A DNA stretch of 64,000 bases, taken from the NCBI GenBank assembly GCA_028714375.1, contig JAQTMK010000001.1:136988-200987 (forward strand), in the 5' to 3' direction. The stretch comes from Candidatus Nanoarchaeia archaeon (GTDB taxonomy: Archaea; Nanobdellota; Nanobdellia; SCGC-AAA011-G17; JACPNG01). Below the pieces are notes generated by a model, which was given only the letters and a program-made list of their open reading frames with translations, made no database searches and was not told the DNA's origin. The translations under genes were made by a program, and so were the position numbers. Below are positions 55,406 through 64,000 of this stretch, in pieces; the stretch's first letter is position 1, and each line of letters begins with the position of its first letter.

Positions 55406-56670
55406 AAAAAATAGTTTTAATTTTATTGGCATTGATAATACTGCCCTCAGTCTTGGCTATCATGCCAGTACCAGATCAAACCAGTTTTGGTCAGGATCAA
55501 TACTACTCTGTAACTTTCGACAAAGAAGGAGAAGCAGCAGTAGCAGCAAAAATAACCTATTACAATTCAGCTACTGAAGACATGAATGAAGTTGTAGTGG
55601 AACTTCCAGGAACAAATCACAGGATTGTTTCTGTTTTGCAGGAATATTATGCAAAAGAAAAAAGATGTTCTTATTGGGAAGACGTTTGCTTTAAATCAGA
55701 TGCAAATGGTTTCTGTGAAGAATTTAAAAAACAATGCAACAACTGGTATGAATATCAGGTTTACCCGCCATATTACTACGCTTTAAAATATGATGAAGAT
55801 AAACTTTCAGATTCAGTTAAATACACAATAAAACTGTCAAAACCAATTAAATCACAGGAAACAGGAAGTGTAATCTTATATTATAAGTCCAGTGATTATG
55901 TTGAAAACTCATTTGGAGTATATAAATTTGAATTTGAAACATTAAAAATACCTTATGACTCAAAATATGTTTCTGTAGCAGTTGATGTTGTAGATGATTT
56001 GAAAATGTCAAACACAAACTCTCAAACACAATACCTAGATGTTTCTTATGACAAGGCAGCAAGTTTTGCAGGTGGAGCTCAGAGTGAAGAATTATACAGA
56101 TATTCAAATTATATAGGTAATAACGGTCAAAGATTAGAACAGACATCTAATTTAGATCCATGGGAATCATTGAAAGTTAAAGGTAAATATTCAAGTTCCT
56201 GGTTTAATCTACATAAAGGATCAATTCTAATCTGGACATTAGTAGGAATCTTAGTCATAGTTGGAGCTGTTTTACTAGTCAAAAAAGGACTAAAGAAACA
56301 AACAAGCCCAGCACTAAGGATAATTGGAACTTCTTTGGTTTCAACAATAGTTTTAGGGGGATTATGGTTCCTTGCTAAAATATTGTATGACTTTGTCAGA
56401 AATAACCTATATTACCAATACAGTTCATTGGTAGGGATATTGATTATAACCCTGACAGTGATTTTAAGTTTGGCAATCTGGATTGCTCCAGCAGTGTTTA
56501 TTGGACTTAAATACGGAGTCAAGGAAGGTATATGGACAGTAATTGCAACCTTGGGGTTCACCCTGATATTGGTTGTAATAGCAATGATAATAATCTTTTC
56601 ATTAAAACAGAATCCTGGCCCCATCTATTATGGGGTTAAGGATATGGCTGCCTCAGTTGCTGCAGAGTGA
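55402..56670 (+). CDS. membrane protein with extracellular N-domain and C-terminal multi-TM region (hypothetical)
   Basis: Signal peptide, about 250-aa ectodomain, then 4 TM helices; ATGA overlap with the regulator gene. Confidence 0.45.
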   Translation: MKKIVLILLALIILPSVLAIMPVPDQTSFGQDQYYSVTFDKEGEAAVAAKITYYNSATEDMNEVVVELPGTNHRIVSVLQEYYAKEKRCSYWEDVCFKSDANGFCEEFKKQCNNWYEYQVYPPYYYALKYDEDKLSDSVKYTIKLSKPIKSQETGSVILYYKSSDYVENSFGVYKFEFETLKIPYDSKYVSVAVDVVDDLKMSNTNSQTQYLDVSYDKAASFAGGAQSEELYRYSNYIGNNGQRLEQTSNLDPWESLKVKGKYSSSWFNLHKGSILIWTLVGILVIVGAVLLVKKGLKKQTSPALRIIGTSLVSTIVLGGLWFLAKILYDFVRNNLYYQYSSLVGILIITLTVILSLAIWIAPAVFIGLKYGVKEGIWTVIATLGFTLILVVIAMIIIFSLKQNPGPIYYGVKDMAASVAAE

Positions 56671-56835
56671 AAAGATTTATTTTTTCTTTTTTAGGTTTAT
56701 AATTTTTTAATCAGAAATATTTATAAAGGGAAAGGACAGTATTTTATTATATCTGTTTGTTTTCTAAGAGGTGAGGACGAGTTAGTTCTATAAACTTTAA
56801 TTTAAATGGGTTGGAAAACCCGAAAGGAGTTAAAA

Positions 56836-57048
56836 ATGAGCGGATTGATTGTTCAATTAGAATGCCCTGATTGTGGAGAGAAAAAAGAGGTTTCATTTAC
56901 AGACCAAGAATGTAGGAAAATATTCCGGCTATATAGCCTAATTAGTCTTGGTACCTATTGTAAAACCTGCAAATCCAAGATGGATATTGTAAATGAAACA
57001 GAAGTAAGGAATCAAATATCTAAATATCGTTCTAAAGGGCCACAATAA
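56836..57048 (+). CDS. small Zn-ribbon protein
   Basis: Start at MSGLIVQLECPDCG (AAAGGAG ribosome-binding site); CPDC...CKTC. Confidence 0.4.
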   Translation: MSGLIVQLECPDCGEKKEVSFTDQECRKIFRLYSLISLGTYCKTCKSKMDIVNETEVRNQISKYRSKGPQ

Positions 57049-57076
57049 GGGATTTATTAAACGTATCTAAGTTCTA

Positions 57077-57094
57077 GGGGGAAACCCCTTTTTT
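57077..57094 (+). terminator. short GC hairpin plus T-tract
   Basis: GGGG-GAAA-CCCC followed by TTTTTT. Confidence 0.35.
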
Positions 57095-57157
57095 CCAAAG
57101 TAAGTATCTACATATATAACCTTAAGATATTTAAACTAATCCAAAATTTAAATAATA

Positions 57158-58936
57158 ATGGAATCAAGGGAAATAGCAACCAAATTTGTAAAATTCTTTG
57201 AAAAGAATAATCATAAGATTATAGAATCATCTTCCTTATTGCCTGCAGATAAAACAGTTTTATTAACAACCGCAGGTATGCAGCAGTTTGCTCCATATTT
57301 CAAAGGAGAAAAAAATCCTGAAAAAGATTTCAAATCAAGAACCTTGACTTCAGTTCAGAAATGTTTCAGGACTTCAGACTTGGAATCTGTTGGAGATGAA
57401 ACCCATCTAACTTTCTTTGAAATGTTGGGTAATTTTTCAATAGGAGATTATTTTAAAAAAGATGCAATAAATTATGCATTAAAATTTCTGATAGAAGACC
57501 TGAAATTAGATAAAAATAGAATTTCAATTACAGTTTTCGGAGGAAATAATTTAATACCTAAGGACTTTGAAGCAATTGAACTATGGAAAAAACAGGGAAT
57601 TGCAGAAGAAAAAATATTTGAGTTCGGAGAAAAGGAAAACTTTTGGGGTCCTCCAGGACCAACAGGTCCATGTGGCCCTTGTTCTGAATTGCATTATGAT
57701 TTAACTAAAAAACCATGTAATAAAGGAAAAAAATGCGGACCAAACTGTGAATGTGGCAGGTTCTTAGAAATATGGAACTTGGTATTTATGGAATATAATT
57801 TTACAGACAAACAAAAATATGAAAATCTCCCACTAAAAAATATTGATACTGGGATGGGATTGGAAAGAATTTCTATGATAGTCCAGAACAAAAAAACCCT
57901 TTTTGAAACAGATATTTTCCAGAAAATCATAAATAATATCCAAAAAATCGGATACAAAAGAACCGAAGAAGCAAAGAGGATGGAGAGAATAATTGCAGAC
58001 CATCTAAGGGGATCTGTATTCTTAATCTCCGACGCTGTTCGTCCATCAAACATAGAACAGGGTTATATTTTAAGAAGAGTCTTAAGAAAATCAATAATTT
58101 ATTTGAACTTGTTAGGAGCAGAACCAAATAAAATATTAGATTTAACAGAACTAATAATAAATGAATACAAAACCGAATACAAGGACTTACAAAAAAATAA
58201 AAAAGAAATCTTAACAATAATTAAAGAAGAAAAAAACAAGTTCCAGAAATCCTTGGATAAAGGTTTTGTGGAAATTAAGAAAATAATTGAAGATACAAAA
58301 AAACAAAAGAAAAAACAATTACCAACAAAAGAAATCTTCCAGCTGTATGATACTTATGGTTTCCCATTTGAAATAACAAAAGAAATTGCAAATAAGGAAA
58401 AATTGGAAGTTAATGAAGAAGAATTCTATGACATGTTCAAATCTCATCAGGAAGTTTCAAGAGCAGGAGTTGAAAAGAAATTTGGTGGTGTTGGGGACTT
58501 TGGAGAACAGGTAGCAAGACAGCACACAGCAACTCATTTATTGCACCAGGCTTTAAGGGAAGTCTTAGGCAAGGATGTCAGGCAGGCAGGTTCTGATTTA
58601 ACTCCAGAAAGAATAAGATTTGATTTTAATTTTAACAGGGCTTTGACAGAAGAAGAAAGAAAAAAGATTGAAGATATTGTAAATAAGAAAATAAAAGAAT
58701 CAATACCAGTAAAATGTGAAACTAAAAAGTTCAAAGATGCACAAAAAGAAGGATTCTTGGCTTTCTTCAGGGATAAATACGGAGAAGAGGTCTCAACATA
58801 TTCTATTGGGGATTTCTCCAAGGAAGTTTGTGCTGGACCTCATGTTCAAAACACAAAAGAAATAGGTAAATTTAGAATACTAAAGGAAAAATCTTCTGCT
58901 TCAGGAATAAGAAGAATTAAAGCTGTTTTGGAATAA
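57158..58936 (+). CDS. alaS: alanyl-tRNA synthetase, bacterial-type, catalytic plus editing domains only (no C-Ala domain)
   Basis: Class II AlaRS signature FFEMLGNFSIGDYFK, TAGMQQF, and editing-domain HTATHLLHQALREVLG ... CAGPHVQNT ... IRRIKAV ending at the stop. 592 aa. Confidence 0.8.
   Translation: MESREIATKFVKFFEKNNHKIIESSSLLPADKTVLLTTAGMQQFAPYFKGEKNPEKDFKSRTLTSVQKCFRTSDLESVGDETHLTFFEMLGNFSIGDYFKKDAINYALKFLIEDLKLDKNRISITVFGGNNLIPKDFEAIELWKKQGIAEEKIFEFGEKENFWGPPGPTGPCGPCSELHYDLTKKPCNKGKKCGPNCECGRFLEIWNLVFMEYNFTDKQKYENLPLKNIDTGMGLERISMIVQNKKTLFETDIFQKIINNIQKIGYKRTEEAKRMERIIADHLRGSVFLISDAVRPSNIEQGYILRRVLRKSIIYLNLLGAEPNKILDLTELIINEYKTEYKDLQKNKKEILTIIKEEKNKFQKSLDKGFVEIKKIIEDTKKQKKKQLPTKEIFQLYDTYGFPFEITKEIANKEKLEVNEEEFYDMFKSHQEVSRAGVEKKFGGVGDFGEQVARQHTATHLLHQALREVLGKDVRQAGSDLTPERIRFDFNFNRALTEEERKKIEDIVNKKIKESIPVKCETKKFKDAQKEGFLAFFRDKYGEEVSTYSIGDFSKEVCAGPHVQNTKEIGKFRILKEKSSASGIRRIKAVLE
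58905..58932 (+). repeat. 28-nt direct repeat, copy A (contains the alaS 3' end)
   Basis: GAATAAGAAGAATTAAAGCTGTTTTGGA; exact match to 60501-60528. Confidence 0.85.
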
Positions 58937-58965
58937 CTAAAAAAGAAGAAGATTGAATTAGTAAA

Positions 58966-60516
58966 ATGATAATTAAGGACATAAACAAGAGAAAAAATAT
59001 AAAGATTGCAATGGTTCAACCAGATGCAGGGCTAAGTGTCACAAATACAGATACCTATGCAGTTCCACTAGGCCTCGGTTCCATAGCGACTTATTGTAAG
59101 CAAAAACATCCAGAAATAGATATCCTGCTTATAGGAGCATATACAGATATGCCTCATGAAGAACAAATGAAAAAAATTTTGGAATATAATCCAGATATAT
59201 TGGCTATTTCATCAACAATCTCCAGTCAGGAAAATGCATATGATATTGCAAAAAAGGCAAAAGAACAAAACAAAAATATAATAATTGTATTTGGTGGAGT
59301 AAATTCTACAAGCCTATATGAACAAATATTAAAAAATCGTGATTTTGTAGATGCTATTATCTTATTTGATGGAGAAGAAGCATTCGCAGAGGTAGTCGAT
59401 AGAGTCAAGAAAAATAAATCTTTTGAGGGAATAAATAATTTAGCCTACAAAGATAAGAAGGGACTTCATATTGATAAAAATAAAATAACAATAAAAATTC
59501 CTTCATTATGTAAGATTCTTGATAAGAATCCACCAATAGATTATTCTGTGTTTGATATGAATACTTTTCTTAAAAAAACAGAGATGAGAGGATTTGGAAG
59601 AGCAATCAGTTATTTTGGGGGAAAGGGTTGTATTAAAAGAAGGGGTTTTTTTAAGGAAAAGATCTATACCCTTAAAGAATATGAAGACTTGGTAAACAAT
59701 ATGGGGGCATGTTCTTTTTGTGGGAGAAACGAATTAGGGTATAGGATATTACCTTGGTCTCTTGAAAAGGAGCTAATTAATTATTTGTACGAGAAATATG
59801 GAGTAAGAGGATTATTTAATGTACAAGATGTTGTAAGCCTGGATGAAGAACAGGGAGATCCAAAATGGAAAAACACTTGGTTTAGATTTTTCATAATGGC
59901 TGGCCAAGTAACTCAAAAAAATATTGATATTCTTAAGAAAAAATATTCTCCAAACTTAGTATTACAAATAGGGGTAGAATCTGTTGATCCAAATATGCTC
60001 AAAGAATTTGGAAAGTCGCCAGAATTTACCAGAGAATATTACTTAAAAAATTTAGACTTAATGGAAAAAAATGGGATTCAGGCCCATTATACCTTTGTTT
60101 TGGGAGGGAGTAATGAAACTAGAGAATCCCTCAAAAAAACTGGAGATTTTATTAAAGAAATTGTAAAGAGAAAAAACGTAACTTGGATAGGCGCAAGCCC
60201 ATTAATTGTGCTTCCAGGATCGCCATATTTCAGAATGCTTAGCGAGAAAGAAAAAAAACTAAAGGATAAAGATTTATTTGATGTCTCTGAATTGCATAGA
60301 TTATTCCTTCGTCATTTTGCACCAAAAATCACAAGAGAAGATGTATTAAACATTATTAAAGATTGTTTTAGTTATGCTAAATTAATAAGAAGCGACTTGA
60401 TATTAGATGGAAAAGGCTTAACCAAAGAAGAAGAGAAATTTGTGGGCTCATATAGGCCATACACACATAAAGAAGGTTCGTGGACATTCAATTTTGTCCA
60501 GAATAAGAAGAATTAA
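58966..60516 (+). CDS. B12-binding-domain / radical-SAM-like protein (tentative)
   Basis: N-terminal IAMVQPD...YAVPLGLGSIATY resembles the cobalamin-binding domain of B12-dependent radical SAM enzymes. Cys cluster GKGC...CSFC is non-canonical, so the assignment is weak. Confidence 0.4.
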   Translation: MIIKDINKRKNIKIAMVQPDAGLSVTNTDTYAVPLGLGSIATYCKQKHPEIDILLIGAYTDMPHEEQMKKILEYNPDILAISSTISSQENAYDIAKKAKEQNKNIIIVFGGVNSTSLYEQILKNRDFVDAIILFDGEEAFAEVVDRVKKNKSFEGINNLAYKDKKGLHIDKNKITIKIPSLCKILDKNPPIDYSVFDMNTFLKKTEMRGFGRAISYFGGKGCIKRRGFFKEKIYTLKEYEDLVNNMGACSFCGRNELGYRILPWSLEKELINYLYEKYGVRGLFNVQDVVSLDEEQGDPKWKNTWFRFFIMAGQVTQKNIDILKKKYSPNLVLQIGVESVDPNMLKEFGKSPEFTREYYLKNLDLMEKNGIQAHYTFVLGGSNETRESLKKTGDFIKEIVKRKNVTWIGASPLIVLPGSPYFRMLSEKEKKLKDKDLFDVSELHRLFLRHFAPKITREDVLNIIKDCFSYAKLIRSDLILDGKGLTKEEEKFVGSYRPYTHKEGSWTFNFVQNKKN

Positions 60517-60528
60517 AGCTGTTTTGGA
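60501..60528 (+). repeat. 28-nt direct repeat, copy B (contains the stop of 58966-60516)
   Basis: Exact match to 58905-58932. In the alaS frame it encodes RIRRIKAVLE*. Confidence 0.85.
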
Positions 60529-60533
60529 GTAGA

Positions 60534-60863
60534 TTAATCTTTAATTACATCATAGAGAATTGTACCAAAACCATATGGACTTAATTCTGGACAATCTTCA
60601 AGTTTAATTCTAAGGTCTTTTAATTTATTAATTTCCCCAGATTGTTTAGTCTCATATTTAATAATCGTATCTACAAGGTCTATTTGCCCGGTGCGACTAA
60701 GACATCTCCCAGACTCTCCTGATTCATGATTTAATAAAATTAATCCACTTATTTTTGCAATAATTTCTTTTGAGCTAAAAAATAAATCTTTATCTTTCAA
60801 TGTTAGATAAATCGGATTAGTTGGGTCAGATATTGAAGCTATGAAAGTAGTATATTGATCCAT
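60534..60863 (-). CDS. hypothetical protein
   Basis: 109 aa, no recognisable motif. Confidence 0.4.
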   Translation of the reverse strand: MDQYTTFIASISDPTNPIYLTLKDKDLFFSSKEIIAKISGLILLNHESGESGRCLSRTGQIDLVDTIIKYETKQSGEINKLKDLRIKLEDCPELSPYGFGTILYDVIKD

Positions 60864-60916
60864 GATTTTATATAAAAAACAATAGTTATAAACATTTATG
60901 AAAGATAAAATATAGA

Positions 60917-61960
60917 TTAATTAGATAGCACTTTGGAAACTAATCTATAGAAATTTTCAAGTCCCTTTATTGAGGCAGTTTCATTATTTGTATGATAATT
61001 GAATGTGGGAATTTGAATCGTAGCCCCATTAATATCTCCTTTTGTTTCCTCTACAATCCTACCCAATTCAGTTGTACCTAATTTTTTGGGTTTTTGACCT
61101 TCTGTTACTAATTTTTTATTTTGTCCCTCAATAAACTCATCTTTCATTTCATAAGGAATTAATAGTTCATCACATTTATTTTTTAAAAATCTAACTAAAT
61201 TAGGATTAAATACCCCATGTTGATCTTTGTTTCTTAACACAACCAATCCATTTTCAATCTTATCCCTTTCAGTATAAGGTGTTGTATCTAGATTAATAAT
61301 TTCTTTAGTACTCAAATTTAATTTTTCCAATGCCTTCAAAACATATTTCCAACTATTTCCTATCTCTTCTTCAGTTGAAAAGATAATATTTCCATCATAC
61401 CCGTCCTTTACTAGTTGATAGATTAAAGCAATGCTGATAGCATTATCAATTTGAGAATCTATGAATGGTCCATTGATTTTCAGATTAGATAGATAAGAAA
61501 CTGGTAAATTTGATTCAAGTTTTTTTATTCCATCAACATCAAATTTTAAAGTTTTAGTTTCTAGATCATAATCAAATGATTTGACAAACCCTTCTTCAAG
61601 ACGATTTCTTATCCAATAAGAATAAACTAAACAATTTAAAAATCGTTTGCCCGCTTCCTGAAACATTTTTTCAGAAGAAGGATTATCTTTTTTATAAAAT
61701 TTATTTGCATTAAATGCTGCATATTCAAAATCAAGATTCGAATTTATTACGATACCATGTCTATCAATATGAGCAGTTAAAACTTTTGGATTTCTTATAT
61801 TTTTTTTAGAGATTATCAAAAATCTTTCATCAAATTTAATATCACAACCAAGATTTGCAAAGTCTTCACTTAGATGATTTCTAAATGAATCTTCATATCT
61901 TACTACAGATGGGATTTGAACATATTCTTCCAATTTGTTGATGATTGGTTGAATTTCCAT
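60917..61960 (-). CDS. M42/M20-like metallopeptidase (tentative)
   Basis: N-terminal pattern LEEYVQIPSV...VLTAHIDRHGIVI resembles M42 aminopeptidase/FrvX (l.aHmDeiG); length 347 aa fits. Confidence 0.4.
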   Translation of the reverse strand: MEIQPIINKLEEYVQIPSVVRYEDSFRNHLSEDFANLGCDIKFDERFLIISKKNIRNPKVLTAHIDRHGIVINSNLDFEYAAFNANKFYKKDNPSSEKMFQEAGKRFLNCLVYSYWIRNRLEEGFVKSFDYDLETKTLKFDVDGIKKLESNLPVSYLSNLKINGPFIDSQIDNAISIALIYQLVKDGYDGNIIFSTEEEIGNSWKYVLKALEKLNLSTKEIINLDTTPYTERDKIENGLVVLRNKDQHGVFNPNLVRFLKNKCDELLIPYEMKDEFIEGQNKKLVTEGQKPKKLGTTELGRIVEETKGDINGATIQIPTFNYHTNNETASIKGLENFYRLVSKVLSN

Positions 61961-62011
61961 AGAATAAAACTTAGTTTTTAGTTTATAAAGAAAATTGAAC
62001 TAGAAAACAGA

Positions 62012-62815
62012 TTAAGAATAATACAAAATATGCCTGTTAACAGCCTGTTTCTCAGCTTTTTTTGAAAATATTTCTTTGATTTTCATGTGAAGTCTGGGAT
62101 CAGAATATTGTTTCCCAGTTATAGCAGAAGCTAATTTTTTATACTCAATTGAAACCGGATTTTTTTCTCTGAAAATAGTCAAAGGAACATTTGAAGCAAC
62201 TGCTTTTAATGCATCATCATGTTCTCTTAAAACAGCAATCACAGGGATACCAACGCTTTTTTCAATTTCTTCAAGTTTTAATTCAAAGTTCTTTCCTCTA
62301 ACTTTATTTAATATCAGTCCAGTAATAGGAACATTTTTCTGTTTGGCAATCTTAATGGTTTTCAATGTACAGTTTAATGTAGGAACATCAGGGGTTGTAA
62401 CAACAAAAATCTCATCAGCAGCGACGAGAGTGGAAACAATCTCTTCGTTAAGTGAAGGGCTTGAGTCAATCAATATATAATCATAATACTTTTTGATCTG
62501 ATTTAATTTTTTCTTTAGTGCAAATGGATCTTTTATTCTTCTGGCAAGTAAAGTAGCTGGGATAACATGTAATCCGGAAGCTTCATGCTCATGAACAACG
62601 TCTTTAATGTCTAATTTATCATTCAAAACATCATGTATTGTCCCTTGAGGATCATTTAAACCTAAATGTGCTCCCAAGTTAGGTGCAGAAAAATTAGCAT
62701 CAACGATTAAAACTCTTTGATTGCAGTCTTTGGCCAAAGCAGCCCCTAAAGAAACAACTGTAGAGGTCTTTCCTACCCCTCCTTTTATTGAAATCACACC
62801 TATTGTTTTTGTCAT
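62012..62815 (-). CDS. ParA/MinD-family P-loop ATPase
   Basis: Deviant Walker A ISIKGGVGKTSTVVSLG, plus Walker A' and B-like motifs. Confidence 0.8.
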   Translation of the reverse strand: MTKTIGVISIKGGVGKTSTVVSLGAALAKDCNQRVLIVDANFSAPNLGAHLGLNDPQGTIHDVLNDKLDIKDVVHEHEASGLHVIPATLLARRIKDPFALKKKLNQIKKYYDYILIDSSPSLNEEIVSTLVAADEIFVVTTPDVPTLNCTLKTIKIAKQKNVPITGLILNKVRGKNFELKLEEIEKSVGIPVIAVLREHDDALKAVASNVPLTIFREKNPVSIEYKKLASAITGKQYSDPRLHMKIKEIFSKKAEKQAVNRHILYYS

Positions 62816-62851
62816 CTTACCTAATCTAGGATTCTGGATTTATAAATCTTT

Positions 62852-63253
62852 TTATAAGCTTGCAAGTTTTGCTTTAAGCAAGTCCATATCAGACTGCAGT
62901 TTATCCACTTTTTTCTGTTTTTTGCCAGGTTCTTTTAATATATCAGCATCATTAAAGCTGGCAGCTTTTTTCTTGAATTTTTTAATATCAATTATCTGAT
63001 CCTTGTCAATATGTTGCTGATGTTTTTCCAATTCACCGATATCAACCTTTGGAAGTTTTAATATTTCATTGAACTCAATCTTTATTTCATTGAAATTCCT
63101 TTTGCACTGATTTAAATAAACTAATTTTTCTTTTCTAACCTTTATTACATTTTCATAGTCTTTTAGAAATTGAATTATGTCAATAGCTCCACCTAATAAT
63201 TCTTTTCTGGAATTTACAGGGCTAGGAATCTGGACATATTTTAACTCGCTCAT
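62852..63253 (-). CDS. coiled-coil protein (hypothetical)
   Basis: 133 aa, heptad-rich; immediately upstream of the MinD-like gene. Confidence 0.4.
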   Translation of the reverse strand: MSELKYVQIPSPVNSRKELLGGAIDIIQFLKDYENVIKVRKEKLVYLNQCKRNFNEIKIEFNEILKLPKVDIGELEKHQQHIDKDQIIDIKKFKKKAASFNDADILKEPGKKQKKVDKLQSDMDLLKAKLASL

Positions 63254-63255
63254 TC

Positions 63256-63717
63256 TTATTCCTCAAACAAAGTAGAGTCTATGGACAATAATCTTTCTTT
63301 TAGTGTTTCTAGATCATCGTGCCATTTTTGTAATTGCATGTCTTCTTCTTTTTTAACATCTTCTAACTTGGCGATTATTTCCTGAGTTTCTTCTATCTTT
63401 CTTTTCATATCGTTGATGGATTTTATAACCATCTTGTACTTGTCTAATTTAATGAAAACCGGTCTTTCTTCTTTCATTGCTCTTTTAACATCTTCGTCCA
63501 TGTCAGGACTGAATTTAGGACCAAATGTCCTGCTATCATCTGTGGATTTTCTTACTGGAATTTCAAAATCATCAAATAATCCAACACCTTTTTTAATATC
63601 ACTCATGTCTTTATCCATGATTGGAGAATCATAATCTTCTTTTGGAATGTCTGGAAAACTAATTTGAGGTTGTTCCTCTCTTGACATCTCTTTTTTCTTT
63701 TTTTTGAAAAGACCCAT
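63256..63717 (-). CDS. coiled-coil protein (hypothetical)
   Basis: 153 aa; 2-nt gap to the next gene; KKKKK near the N-terminus. Confidence 0.4.
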   Translation of the reverse strand: MGLFKKKKKEMSREEQPQISFPDIPKEDYDSPIMDKDMSDIKKGVGLFDDFEIPVRKSTDDSRTFGPKFSPDMDEDVKRAMKEERPVFIKLDKYKMVIKSINDMKRKIEETQEIIAKLEDVKKEEDMQLQKWHDDLETLKERLLSIDSTLFEE

Positions 63718-63932
63718 TCATATCACCTCGATTTATATTTGAAACTTATTTCTCCTTATTAAATGTTTTTATATCATTATCAAATAGTAATATAGTTTAT
63801 ATAGTTTATGTTTTATTGATTATTTTGTATTATAGCCCTTCTATATCAAAAATTTGAAATTTTTTAAAAAAAATAAAACAAAAAGTTTTTAAATGGATTT
63901 TTACATACTAATTGTTGTTTCTATGGAGGAAT

Positions 63933-64000
63933 AATGAGGATAACTCAAGAGCATATCGAAGAATTAATCAGGGAAGTCGCTGGTCCAGATGTTATTCCGT
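63933..64000 (+). CDS. partial ORF at window edge, possibly transcription factor E alpha (TFE)
   Basis: MRITQEHIEELIREVAGPDVIP resembles TFE-alpha N-termini; truncated by the window end. Confidence 0.3.

Noticed and set aside
58966-60516. Calling the inserted gene a bona fide radical SAM enzyme
   Set aside because: No canonical CxxxCxxC cluster was found (only GKGC and a distant CSFC). Only the B12-binding-like N-terminal region is recognisable, so the call is kept generic.
58905-60528. Declaring the alaS-flanking repeats a complete integrative mobile element
   Set aside because: No integrase, recombinase or transposase gene lies between or next to the repeats. Only the insertion footprint is supported.
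1-64000. rRNA genes, CRISPR arrays, transposases and integrases
   Set aside because: None recognised on either strand. The only RNA gene supported is tRNA-Arg at 12298-12369.

Overview
AT-rich archaeal chromosomal window with a conserved informational-gene backbone interrupted by large accessory loci for cell-surface and pilus-like proteins. The protein identifications below are from motif recognition by eye, not from searches. Ribosome-binding sites of the GGAGG type are used frequently. A small-genome, DPANN-like lineage is an inference only.

Backbone genes: a conserved archaeal cluster L44e-S27e-eIF2alpha-Nop10-PAC2 (624-2828), with Nop10 missing from the ORF track; Pelota; RadA with an RPA-like ssDNA-binding protein nearby; aEF-1beta with its usual upstream Zn-ribbon partner and an adjacent tRNA-Arg(GCG); LeuRS; and a bacterial-type AlaRS.

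Accessory content:
- A tandem operon (20908-24120) of at least six small proteins with archaeal class III (type IV pilin-like) signal peptides, plus a large single-TM protein and a lipoprotein. Two of these genes carry an identical 32-nt promoter/start duplication. The only A24 prepilin peptidase is about 10 kb away, and no secretion ATPase or platform protein is in the window.
- A roughly 20 kb surface-protein locus (30777-51385). It includes a 1493-aa secreted protein built from Cys-rich MopE-like repeats, thrombospondin type-3 Ca-binding repeats and a CARDB-like end domain. Several proteins end in a TM helix plus basic tail, and an archaeosortase-like membrane protein lies next to a PAP2 phosphatase.
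- A 28-nt perfect direct repeat brackets a single gene for a B12-binding-domain/radical-SAM-like protein inserted at the 3' end of alaS.
- Smaller items: an outer-membrane-like beta-barrel candidate, a DUF2080-like mini-gene, a segment of higher GC (estimated by eye) carrying two unknown genes, and a small Toprim-protein operon followed by a strong terminator and a 550-bp non-coding stretch.

No CRISPR array, rRNA, integrase or transposase was recognised.
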